DNA of 36,981 bases from Octopus bimaculoides (lineage: Eukaryota). The notes below the pieces were generated by a model. That model was not told the DNA's origin, ran no database searches, and saw only the letters and a program-made list of their open reading frames with translations. This document shows, piece after piece, positions 1 to 10,591 of the stretch (positions within the stretch are counted from its first letter, which is position 1; every line of letters starts with the position of its first letter). The stretch lies in the NCBI RefSeq assembly GCF_001194135.2, contig NC_068982.1, forward strand, positions 162,774,480 through 162,811,460. The letters run 5' to 3'. The position numbers and the translations under genes were made by a program.

Positions 1-376
1 CCAGCATGGTACAGCAAGGCAAACAAAAGTTGCTGTGTACCATGCATGTGTACTGACATCGCTCCTCTACTCATGTGAGACATGGACTCTGTACAAACGT
101 CAGGTAAGGGTCCTTGAACGCTTTCATCAGAGATGTCTCAGACACATTCTCAATGTTGGCTGGACCTCAAAAATTCCAGACACACAGGTCCTGAGGACAG
201 CTGATATCTTGAGTATTGAGGCAATGGTGCACAAGCAATGGTTACATTGGACTGGACACCTTATTAGAATAAAGGATAGCAGGATTCCTAAGCAGATGCT
301 ATATGGAGAACTTGTGAATGGAAGGAGACTCCGGCAGAAACCAAGGCTGCAATTTAAGAACTGTGATAATTTGTAA
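1..376 (+). mobile_element. RTE/BovB-type LINE, C-terminal coding fragment
   Basis: YHACVLTSLLYSCETW...LERFHQRCLRHILNVGW...WLHWTGHLIRIKDSRIPKQMLYGELVNGRR...PRLQFK matches the post-RT C-terminus of RTE-BovB LINEs; homology breaks off near 370. Confidence 0.88.
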
Positions 377-790
377 GAAATTTTTTGTGTTGGAAAAACC
401 AATCCTAACCATGTACAAGTTGATAATAGAGTAATACCTAGAATTCTTTGGAAAATTCCTAATAATAGCTTCCTGAAACTGTAAAGGAAGATTAGATTTA
501 ATTTGCCTCCCATAAGGAATAATCAACCAAATAATTTTACTATTAGTTGCCTTATTCTTAGTGTAACTATCTTTAAAAGACATTGATATACCTTTAGAAT
601 GAAAAAAGGGGGTTAAATAAAGGTTATCTCCTTTCATGTTTGCTGTTGGCGTATAAATTAAAATTGATATCGTTTATATCCTTACAACTAGATTTCATGT
701 CTCCATTAGTAAAGATAGAATAAGATTGAATGGAATTAATGTAGGTAACTTTCTCTAGCCTTATTGAAACATGTGTTGGAAGTAAAAGAA
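376..790 (-). mobile_element. Penelope-like element (PLE), decayed RT-thumb/linker fragment
   Basis: Minus-strand KIIWLIIPYGRQIKSNLPLQFQEAIIRNFPKNSRYYSIINLYMVRIGFSNTKN resembles the PLE linker IIWFNPPFSKNVKTNIG...KHFP...KIFNRNTVKISYS; upstream frame gives TYINS..., with frameshifts. Confidence 0.65.
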
Positions 791-1044
791 TTTGAATAAC
801 ACCTGTGTTTAACTCCATTTATTTATTTATTTATATATTATACAAAATATTTCACATAAACCTGGAGTTTCTACCTTTAAAAACAAGGTGTTACACCCTT
901 TTTACTTGTGTGATTTTTTGCTACCCTGGTAACTGTTTATCTATTGTTTCCTTGTTAATTGTAAACAAGGGAAAAATACACACATCTATTTATATGTATG
1001 TATATATATATATGTATATGTGTGTGTATATATATATATATGCC

Positions 1045-1415
1045 GGTGCTATAAAAACACAGCGCAACCAGCAATCACAAACATCACGTGGAGATGCGCT
1101 TGACTAAAACTGGAACAATGTTCTTAAATAGCACCCACCCTATATCCCCTTACAAGAAGACCAACGCAACAACTAAAACGTAAGGCTCTATTTACCTATC
1201 ACCACTATTACACCCAATAATTACTTCTCCTACATTTCGCACACCACAAACTTTGAATATACCCTTTAACACTCTGAAGAGATCGGCCAAACTACTGGCT
1301 GGATCGAAACGTGCGTAAGTGACAATGACATAATATACAAAATGACTCATTACATAACCTAAACCTCCACACTGACTCATTTCACAAGCTCCACATAATA
1401 AAACAACGGCTATCT
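1045..1415 (+). mobile_element. Penelope-like element 3' end / pLTR-like segment
   Basis: CpG-retaining segment with decayed AIKT...GDALD*NWNNVLK (similar to the end of a GIY-YIG domain), followed by a hammerhead core CTGAAGA...GAAAC; ends at an assembly gap. Confidence 0.6.
1270..1321 (+). ncRNA. Minimal type I hammerhead ribozyme (PLE-associated)
   Basis: Stem I CACT(1270-73)/AGTG(1318-21); core CTGAAGA 1274-80; stem II GATC-GGCC/GGCT-g-GATC with 8-nt loop; GAAA 1306-09; stem III AC-gtgc-GT; GTA cleavage triplet 1315-17. Confidence 0.75.
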
Positions 1416-1551
1416 NNNNNNNNNNNNNNNNNNNNNNNNNNNNNNNNNNNNNNNNNNNNNNNNNNNNNNNNNNNNNNNNNNNNNNNNNNNNNNNNNNNNN
1501 NNNNNNNNNNNNNNNNNNNNNNNNNNNNNATATTTATATATGTATATATCT

Positions 1552-1606
1552 ACTTCCGGTTTCGTTGTGGAAAGACGTGCTTTTTCATTCTCCTGAAACA
1601 ACCAAT
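1552..1606. promoter_or_regulatory. Candidate promoter motifs (ETS-type ACTTCCGG and CCAAT)
   Basis: ACTTCCGG at 1552-1559, CCAAT at 1602-1606, with local CpGs. Motif match only; no TSS evidence. Confidence 0.2.
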
Positions 1607-1611
1607 AGAGT

Positions 1612-2250
1612 TTGCCTTACACCTACCTCTTTCCCTCTCTCTTCCATATCTTACTCTTTTTCTCATCTCTAACCCTCCCTTTCATATCTTCTTCTTTTCT
1701 CACTTCTCTTTCCCTTCCTTTGTCTCTCTCAACATCTACCTCTCCCCCTGTCACCTCACCCTCTCCCTCATATATTTTTCATTTCCCTCTCTTCTCACTC
1801 TGTTTCTCCTTTCCCTCACATCCTTCATCCTTTCCTGTCTCTCCCTCACTCTGTCTCCCTTTCTCTTCCCATCCTCTCCCTCCCTCTGTCTCTCTTTCTC
1901 TCCCCCTCCTCTACCTCCCTCTGTCTTGCTAACACCCTACATCCTTCTCTTTCCTTCATATCACCTTCTCTCTTCCCTTCATAGCACCTCTCTCTTTCCT
2001 TCATATTTCCCTCTCTCTTTCCCTATTCCCCTCTCTTTCTCTTCCCCTCCTTTCCCTCACTCTGTTTCTCTTTCTCTCCCCCTCCTCTACCTCCCTCTGT
2101 CTTGCTAACACCCCACACCCCTCTCTTTCCTTCATATCACCTCTCTCTTTCCTTCATATTTCCCTCTCTCTTTCCCTACTCCCCTCTCTGTGTTTCTTCT
2201 TTTCTACCCCACCTCTATCTCTCACTTCCTCTCTATCCTCTACTTTCTCC
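1612..2250 (+). repeat. Long polypyrimidine (CT-rich) low-complexity tract with internal direct repeats
   Basis: About 640 nt almost entirely C/T; ctctccccctcctctacctccctctgtcttgctaacaccc occurs twice (about 1895 and 2070). Confidence 0.85.
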
Positions 2251-2295
2251 TCTGGGCTTAATAAACAAAGATGACACCAAAGTGGGAGAAGATAA

Positions 2296-2935
2296 GAATT
2301 GAATCTTCTGTTGCGAGTATGGATTATTGCTAGCGGCGATCTACCAAACAACATCATCACTGCTGCACTGGAAAACAATGGTTTTTGTAGAACCATTGAT
2401 GAGATAGAGCGGAAGAAAAATGAATTCATCCAATCCTATATGCTTATCTGACCATACATTGACACCCTGGATGTCATAATGGAAAAGTATTGTGGCAAGT
2501 TTAATAACGATAGAGAAAAAGAAAAGGAAACAAAACTCGGAAGTCTCTTTGATCCAGTGGTTCCTCAAAAGAATGGGTCTCCCACCCCTGTGAATGACTA
2601 GGTAGAAAAGAATAGGAGAGCCAAGGAAGCAGCAACTAGAAGCCCCTCTGTGCCAGTGGTCCAACAAATGAATGGAGCGCTCACCCCAGTGGACAACCTG
2701 AAGAAAAAAGTTCCAACCACAAGAAAAGGGAGGACAGAACACGAACACAGACATAAAGAAGGAAAGGAAGAAAAAGGAAAAGGCAAAAATGAAACAACCA
2801 AAGCCGAAACCCCAGCCCACCAAACAAAAAACATAAAAACCCATGGAGGATCCAATGCAATCCAAAACCCTACACGAAAGAAGAAATTTGGAAGGCACTC
2901 AAGGACCTGCAGATTTTACCTGCAAGGCAAATATT
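2296..2935 (+). pseudogene. Decayed ORF, probably retroelement ORF1/gag-like, Lys/Glu-rich, ending in a truncated CCCH-like motif
   Basis: One frame of about 213 codons with only two stops (TGA 2449, TAG 2599), ending RTCRFYLQGK where an antisense RTE fragment begins. Confidence 0.4.
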
Positions 2936-3113
2936 GGCAGAAGATTTTGTATCTATGTGCCTTGCCTGTGAGGACCCTAGCTGAAGCTCCTCTCCATCTT
3001 ACCTCTTGTATGCAGCATACATCGACACGTCTCCTTTCAAGCATCTCTACAATCTCACTAGACTTACCTTTTAGTGTGCCTACATTGACTGTGCCAACTC
3101 TGAAAACTGGCAA
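2935..3113 (-). mobile_element. RTE LINE apurinic endonuclease N-terminal fragment
   Basis: FRVGTVNVGTLKGKSSEIVEMLERRRVDVCCIQEVRWRGASAR contains APE motifs (GTxNVxTL, DVxCIQExRW); sequence to about 3500 may be its 5' UTR. Confidence 0.88.
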
Positions 3114-4030
3114 AGGAATGTGGGGTGAAGCTTGGGGAGGAGAGATGTTATTCAGTGCCTGAAAAGAAGAGGGAGGTTGCCGTGTTCATTTTTTAGGCAT
3201 GCTTCATCTGTTCTCACTTGCGACCTGACATCATTCAAACATTCAAGTGTGTTAGGATTAAGATCGTAGCCCTACTAGAGGTAGGATTAGGTGTTTTAGG
3301 TGTTAGCGACATTGTGAGTATAAGCATTATGGTCATTGTAAGAGGCAGAGCTGATTTCAGACACAGAGAGAGGAAGCAAGTTTGTCCATACATACACACG
3401 AGCATGCACACACATACACACAAGCATGCACACACACACACACACACATACAGGCAATCAAGCACACATGTACAGCCTGTTAGCTGTCACCTTCAATTGA
3501 GATGTGCATGGAAAATTACTGGGTATGCATGATACCTGAAGGTCTAATCTATCATTAATCAGGTTGCCCTGATCTTTGTACTTTAAAATTTCACATGTTT
3601 CCTTAGAGCACAGCTCACACCCATATCTACTATTTCTATAAGGCTGTGCTTTTCTTATTATTTCCCATTTAAGGCTAAGATGGTGGGAGGGGGCGGTTTA
3701 GGCAGTTGGCACCAATTACTAGATAGAATAGAGTAACAATGAGTTTGCATATGTGCTGTGAAGACATAAAGAAGGAAATAAAAGATTGGAGATAATAAAA
3801 GTAAAAAAAAAATAAAAGTATATACTAAAACACATACTACAAGAGATTATAATTTTATTTTATACTTATCAAGAAACTATTGGATGAACCAATGTACATG
3901 TCTCCATACGTACACACACATATATACACACACATATACAAACATTTATACATATATATTTATATACATACAAACACACATACATATGAACACATACATT
4001 CATATATATACACACACACACACACACGCA

Positions 4031-4510
4031 CATCATCATCATCATCATCATTTGGCATCTGTTTTCCATGCTGGCATGGATTAGACAGTTTGACTGAAAC
4101 TGGTAAGCTGGAGGGCTACACCAGGTTCCAATCTGATTTGGCATGACTGTTACAGCTGGATGCCCTTTCTAACACCAACCACTCCAAGAGTATAATGGGT
4201 GCTTTTTACATGTCACTGGCACGGGTGCCAGTTATGTGACACTGGCATCAGCCACAGCTACAATTTCACTCGGCTTGATGGGTCTTCTCAAGCATGACAT
4301 AACACCAAAGGTCTCGGTCACTTATCATTGCCTCTGTGAGGTCCAATGTTTGAGTGTGCTTTTTACATGCCACTGGCATGGGTACCAGTTACATGACACT
4401 GGCATCGGCCACAACTATGATTTCATTTGGCTTGACAGGTGTTTTCAAGCACAGCATACTACCAAAATACTCAGTCATTTTACATTTCCTCTGTGAGGCC
4501 CTACGTTCAA
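4031..4510 (-). mobile_element. RTE-type 3' end with (GAT)n tail and two ~155-bp tandem subunits
   Basis: (cat)n then the reverse complement of the shared tail; subunits at about 4198-4352 and 4355-4509 share gtgctttttacatg.cactggca...ctctgtgagg. Confidence 0.8.
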
Positions 4511-4545
4511 CAATTATGCTTAACCATATATATATATATATATAT

Positions 4546-5167
4546 GCGAAAACCTGTTGAGGCAAGTGAATTTGTAATTTGAAATTTGAAATCTGAGATC
4601 GAAATCGAACCGAATCCAGCGAGTGGCACCCATGCCAACCTCTACTTCATTGAACACTAAACTCTGCTTGCGAAGACCTGTTGGGGCAAGTGAAATCGGA
4701 ATCGAAATCGTAAGTGAACCATACTCGATGACTGGCACCTGCACCAGTGGAGCACTAACAGCACTGTCCGAGCATGTTTATTGCCAGAGCAGCTGTCAAG
4801 CTTCCGTGCTAGTGACCCGTAAATAGCACCATTTGAGTATAATCGTTACCAGAGTCACCTTCTAGCACTTGTGGTGGTGGCATGTTAGAAAATCATTTGA
4901 GCGAGGTCGTTGCCAGTGCTGCTGGACTGGCTCCCGTGCAGGTGGCACGTAAGAAACACCTTTTTGAGCGTGGCCGTTGCCAGTACCGTGTGACTGGCCC
5001 TCATGCCGGTGGCATGTAAAAGCACCCACTACACTCTCGGAGTGGTTGGTGTTAGGAAGGGCATCCAGCTGTAGAAACTCTGGTGCAACCTTCTGGTTTG
5101 CCAGTCCTCAGTCAAATCGTCCAACCCATGCTAGCATGGAAAGCGGACGTTAAACGATGATGATGAT
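4546..5167 (+). mobile_element. RTE-type 3' UTR/tail with internal subrepeats
   Basis: Repeated gtggca.gtaa..gcacc/ttgagcg.ggtcgttgccagt units, then cccactacactctcggagtggttgg...ggaaagcggacgttaaacgatgatgatgat. Confidence 0.85.
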
Positions 5168-5250
5168 ATGTACACAATCTTACATATATATTTTTACCTA
5201 TACATACATGTGCACATACATGTATATATATTTACTTATATATACATTTA

Positions 5251-6449
5251 TTGGCTCATCCCATAAATAATATGTTTTTTTTTTTTATACAAAATAAAGT
5301 TCTTTTTTAATCTAAAATATACTCTCTTTCATTTTCTACAATGCTCTTCCATCTATCTGGTAGACTTGCAGGGCCCCTCTTCCAAAATTCACTTGTCTGT
5401 GATGAAAAATACTCCTCCAGTATTGTTCTGACCTTGTCTACAGAATTCATATTTTCTCTGTCCAAATGATTTTGAAGACTGAAGAATAAATGATAATCAG
5501 ATGGGGCAATGTCTGGTGAATATGGTGGGTGGGGCATTGTTTCTCATTCAAACTGTTGCAGCCTTTGAAATGTTATCCTCACTGTATGTGGTCAAGCATT
5601 ATTCTGATGGAAGAACACCAAAGATAGTCGTTTTTCTTCTAGCACTGACTTAAGCTGTTCAAGCTGCTCGCACGAGATCGCCTCTGTTATCATTTGGTTT
5701 GGGTTTAAAAGTTCAAAGTGGACTATCCCACCAAACAGATAACACCTTATGTGGGTGAAGACCTTCTTTAGCCTGGGGTGCCAGTGTTTCTCCTTTCCCT
5801 ACCACTGTCTTTGGTGCTTGACATTTTTATAGAGAATCCATTTCTCATCACCAGTCACTATTCAGTCCCAAAAAGGTTAACTTGTGAGACTTGACAGCAA
5901 AGAAGAGCACACACTCACTCTCTGCATGTAATTAGTCTTGGAAAGTTTGTAAAGAATCCATTGACCTAATTTGCTGACTTTTCTGATGACAAATCCAGCT
6001 AGTTCCTCAACGGTTATGATGGAATTTTGTTCCACCAGGGTTTGCAGGACGTCCTCTTCAAGCTCTACAGATCTTTCAGGACAAGGCTCATCTTCTAGAC
6101 TGTAGTTTCCAGCTCGGAATTTCTGGAACCACCATTGATACTGGCTTACACTTATTGTCTGATCCCCTTATACTGCATTAATATTTCTCACACTTTCCTT
6201 TGTGTTGTTGCCTTTATTGAACTCATAAAACAAAATATGTTGAATATGCTACTTTTTCACTTCCATTATAGCTTTGAAAAAATAATTGTTAAAATCGAAC
6301 AGCACTCTTCAAAACTTGCACTAAGAATAAGCACAAGGTAAAATTACTACCTGCTTTTATAGCAAGTTGATGCAGGTAGTTTATACTGTTCTCCTCTGAC
6401 TTTTAGTTTATGCAACTGAAAAAATTGCATTATTTATAGGATGACCCAA
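5251..6449 (-). mobile_element. Full-length decayed mariner (Mos1-like) DNA transposon, about 1.2 kb
   Basis: TIRs ttggctcatcccataaataat (5251) and attatttataggatgacccaa (to 6449), TA on both sides (5249-50, 6450-51). Transposase pseudogene 6266 to 5307 with HTH (WFQKFRAGNYSLEDEP) and PHPPYSPDIAPSDYHLF; in-frame stops. Confidence 0.92.
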
Positions 6450-6498
6450 TATATGTAATGTATTCTGATTGTGTTACAGGATCAATGGGAAGTAGCCA

Positions 6499-6735
6499 AT
6501 GCTTGGGTCACCACTCTGGCTGGTCAGCTGGGATGGCAATGTGTTCACACTCTTCACAAAAGCCAAGTATGTACAACAAGTTAATAAATCAAGTTCTGAG
6601 TATACATCACACTTCAAGAGAATCTCTGCCACACCGGACTGTGCCTGGGGCTTGAGCTGTTACCACCAGATCTACGTTTATGTTTACCCATTAGAAATAC
6701 CAATTCGAATACAAGATAAAACGTATGAAAATGAG
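6499..6735 (+). CDS. TECPR1: TECPR1 coding exon 1 (start codon; first TECPR repeats)
   Basis: Acceptor ttacag|G at 6479/6480, in-frame TAG at 6493 just before ATG 6499, donor GAG|gtatgt at 6735. MLGSPLWLVSWDGNVFTL...FKRISATPDCAWGLSCYHQIYVYVYPLEIPIRIQDKTYENE parallels the recalled human N-terminus (LWAVDLFGRVYTL...FKRVSATTQCCWGIACDNQVYVYV...EAYENQ). 79 codons, phase 0. Confidence 0.93.
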
Positions 6736-9415
6736 GTATGTATATTCATTCATATCCTGGTGGAACTTTTTCTTCTTAAATATCCTAAGTTTAAATTTAT
6801 TATTGTCCGAAGATACCATATAAAATATGATCTTCTCCTTTTCTTTATATACTTTTGCTAATGATTACTCGATACAATTTACATCTCTCATTTTTTTTTC
6901 TTTCTTTTTGGTTTAATTACTTAGTCACAGGAGAAAAAGCTGGACCTGTAGCTCCTTTTAGAGCCAATGAGATTAGTGAGAGGGGTGAGGAAGTTATCCT
7001 TAAACTTGAAACCTGGTGCAGATATTTCCAACAGTGTAGCCTTGATTACAAGGCACTTAAGGACCTGGTGATATTAAGCAGGATGATGGGTTAAGTCTAC
7101 CACTTACAATGCCTTTGCAGTTTGATAAGGGTTTGGTTTCTTTAATTGTAATTTTGAAGTTACTAGTCAGAAGATACCATAAAAAGAAAACAACCACTCC
7201 CTTTCCTTTTATAATTCCTTATCCTTTTACAAATGATTGATAATGCAATTGACATTGTTCACTTGCACTACCTTCTTCCTGTTTAGGTAGGTTTTATTTT
7301 CTTCTCTGACCTGAAGTTATCAGATCCTGAAGATCCTGTACAAAATATGGTACTCTTTTGTAGCTCTTTAGTCTTTTATAAATAGTTGATGATGCACTTG
7401 GTATCTTCTTCATATTCTGGTTTTGTTTTCTTCTCTTTTCCTAAGTTCAAAGTCTGAAAATTCCATAAAATAGTCTGAAATATAGTCTGAAAATTCCATC
7501 AAAAAATATGACTTGCCCCACCTCAACTCCGTTTTTTAACTCTTTATCCTTTTATACAAATGATTGGTTGTAATAAATGACACTTCTCTATTGAACGCCT
7601 TCTTCATATTCTAGCATTTGAAATTGAATCTCTATTTATACCTTTACAAATAACAATTAAAGAAAGACTTGGCAAGAGAATTTGCAAATGTTGTTGCTAG
7701 GAATGTTGTAGAAGTGATTCAATTTTCACTGTGGTACAGTGAAGAAAGCATTCTTAAGATTCTTCCTCGCATTCTAGCAACACATTCAGTCTTACAATAC
7801 TACACCCTTCTTACTCATAAACAACAAATGAGTTTGAACCAATAGGGGAGCCTCTTTGTTGACAGTTGACCTGGCAGAAATAACAGTCAAAGTTCCTTGA
7901 CCAACAAAGTAGGGAGGTGCTCTATGTTATTATTTGACTTGCTAGAAATAGCAGCCAAAGGTGATGGTAGGGGTTCTGTTTCCATAAAGACTCCCTTGTT
8001 GATCCAGAAATATCATCCAATTTTGATGGGCCAATGAAAGATACTTTATGTGGACACTGGCCCTTCTTGAAATGGCAGCCAAATTTCAAAGCCAATGAAG
8101 TGACTTTTTTCCTGTCACGCAATTGATTGAACTAGCAGTGAAAGGACAAGGAGTTAAAATCTGTAAAACTTGTTTACTGTTCAACCAGCATGTGACTGTG
8201 ATGTATTGTATGTAAGATATTGTCTGCTTTGTGCACATGTGTGTGAATGTGTCTGTATATGCTATATGTGTGTATGTTGTCTGTATGTTGACTTGTGTTG
8301 TGTGATGTGTCTCATCTTGGAGACTTCCACAAAACATTAAAGTTTTGTGCAAGCCTCCAAGATGAACTTCCCTCTCTTATCAGCCCTGTGTATGAATATA
8401 TGAAAGATATAAATAGATAGAGAGAGAAAGCAGGAGGAGAGTGAGAGTGTATTGTGCTGTATCTTATCTTTACTACAATAGTGAATATATATTTTTATCA
8501 TCTAAATTCCAGTGATGGCGCATTGTTTTTTTTTTTTTTTTTGGTTAAATATTGACTCATTTTATTGTAGGAATTTAGAGAATAGTTATAAATAAACACA
8601 AAAAATTCCATTCATAGATATACTTTCAAATTAAAACATCTTAAAATGTAATAATAAAACTAACAGCAATTTAATGGGTAACAAAACATTTGCCAATTCT
8701 TTATTCAAATGGTTCTCATATATTTTATAATTGATTTTGTAACAACATTCCAGTTTTGTATTCTTTCCAGCAATTGCCAAAATTGGTGGCATTGGCAGCT
8801 AATTCTGATTTTATTTAGACAATTGGTATGGTGTGTGGCTGGAGATATGAGATTTCAAAATAATAAATATATAGCAGCAGTCATACAAGATGCCAGCTGA
8901 TCAAATAGTTGGTGTGGTGTATATGTAGAAATAGATTCTGCTGAAGATAAAACCAATAAGTCATATTTTATTTACATGATAGCAAGGAAATAGTAAAATA
9001 TGGTAATCTTTTATAAAGATAATTTCATAAATGATCAACAGTTTTTATACTAATTAATCAGACCATCATTTTAAAAACAAATAATAATTAATTGCTGTAT
9101 TGTTTCTAATTTTGCTTTTGTAGTAATAATTTATCTAATTCTAGATTTTGTGGGTATTGAATCTCAAACCTCAATTATAGAATGAAATTTTTTTGTCTTT
9201 TCATTTATGAATGAGGCATTAATAGTATGTGGTAGGGTATGTTGTGCCTGTGTATATATTGGTGTACATTCTCTGTGAGTGTGTTGTGTTTGTATGCATT
9301 TGCATATGTGTGAATAATATACTGTCAGCTAGTGATAAGATTATATTGTCATCTGTTGTTGTGTAATGTATACTGTCATCTAGTGGTGCATAATATATAC
9401 TTTCAGTTAACGAAT

Positions 9416-9463
<48 letters not shown>

Positions 9464-9833
9464 CATATATTACATTACATATCATTAGTCATCTGGTGAT
9501 ATGTTATATATACTGTCATATATAATGTTGTTGTTTCGCCAGTTTGGATTCAATTGAACAGTCTTACGATAAAAAGATTTCAAGTTGTGTCCATCCTTTT
9601 ATTTTAAGAGTAAGAATTTGCTTTTATTTTTGCAAGACAAGTGCTTGCATAGAAGCTCAGTTGTAGGCTTTTCATGTGGTGCATTTATAGTATAAACCTT
9701 ATTTTGACTAATAATTTCAAACTATTGTATGTTACCATGTCCCCTGTAGCAAGAATTTCTTAATCTTCTTGTATCAAATTGTTGATCTATCATTAAATAC
9801 CAGTCTCTCTTTTACGGTTTTATTCTCTGACAG

Positions 9834-10019
9834 CGATGGACTCCAGTTAATGGCTTCTCTGGCAAGAACTTGCTGCCAACAGAACGCAAGAACTGGAGTG
9901 ATGAAAGCGGAGAAGGTTATTATCCGAAAGATTGTTTTGAGTTGCCATCACAGTACTGGGAATGGGAGGGCGATTGGAGTGTGGATGAGAATTTTCGAGG
10001 ACATTTGACTGACCGTGGT
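9834..10019 (+). CDS. TECPR1: TECPR1 coding exon 2 (DysF domain 1, N part)
   Basis: cag|CGA...GGT|gtaagt; RWTPVNGFSGKNLLPTERKNWSDESG...ELPSQYWEWEGDWSVDENFRGHLTDRG, typical DysF motifs; 62 codons, phase 0/0. Not in the correct frame in the ORF track. Confidence 0.95.
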
Positions 10020-10468
10020 GTAAGTAAATAACCTGGCCCATTTATTGCTTTCCTCTTAATTACTATTGTACCGTACATTCTGTATTACAGCATATTGCAA
10101 TGATACTGTGTCTTAAACACTCTCCTCCACACTATCCTACACTGTCATACAGTATGTTGTGTTTTCCACATTGTCCTACACTGTAGTGTAATGCATTGTT
10201 GTGGGGTATAATGTGTTATTGCATCATGTGCACTGTTAACTGTGTTCTGTATCACAATGTATTAATATGACCTCTGTAGTTCTACATAGTATGTGTACCT
10301 ATACAGTATGACCAAGTTCAGTACCCCATTTTACAATCTATTACAATGTGTTTCTGTGTTCTACAATATATTATTGTCATTGTATTGTCCTACACACTCT
10401 AATAATTTGCTTTTCTCTTAAACACTGTAACATTGCTCTAATACTTTTTTGTTAATTTACAATGCTAG

Positions 10469-10591
10469 GGTTGGCAATATGCAGCCAACTTCCCTTCATA
10501 TTGGACACAAGATATCAAGTGGAATTCTTGTGTACGCAAACGGAAATGGATCAGATTCCGGCGTTATACAGCAGTGGACTGTTGGGCAAAG
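10469..10591 (+). CDS. TECPR1: TECPR1 coding exon 3 (DysF domain 1, C part)
   Basis: tag|GGT...AAG|gtaagg; GWQYAANFPSYWTQDIKWNSCVRKRKWIRFRRYTAVDCWAK (DysF GWxY...VRRRRW signature); 41 codons. Confidence 0.95.

Noticed and set aside
6855-7094. ORF with SPX-like DYKALKDLV
   Set aside because: Short match, no splice signals or further homology; probably chance or decayed TE.
9240-10440. Degenerate short-period repeats at about 9240-9520 and 10040-10440
   Set aside because: Decayed simple satellites (tatactgtcatctagtg-like and tacac/tgtat-like) with no coding or structural signal.
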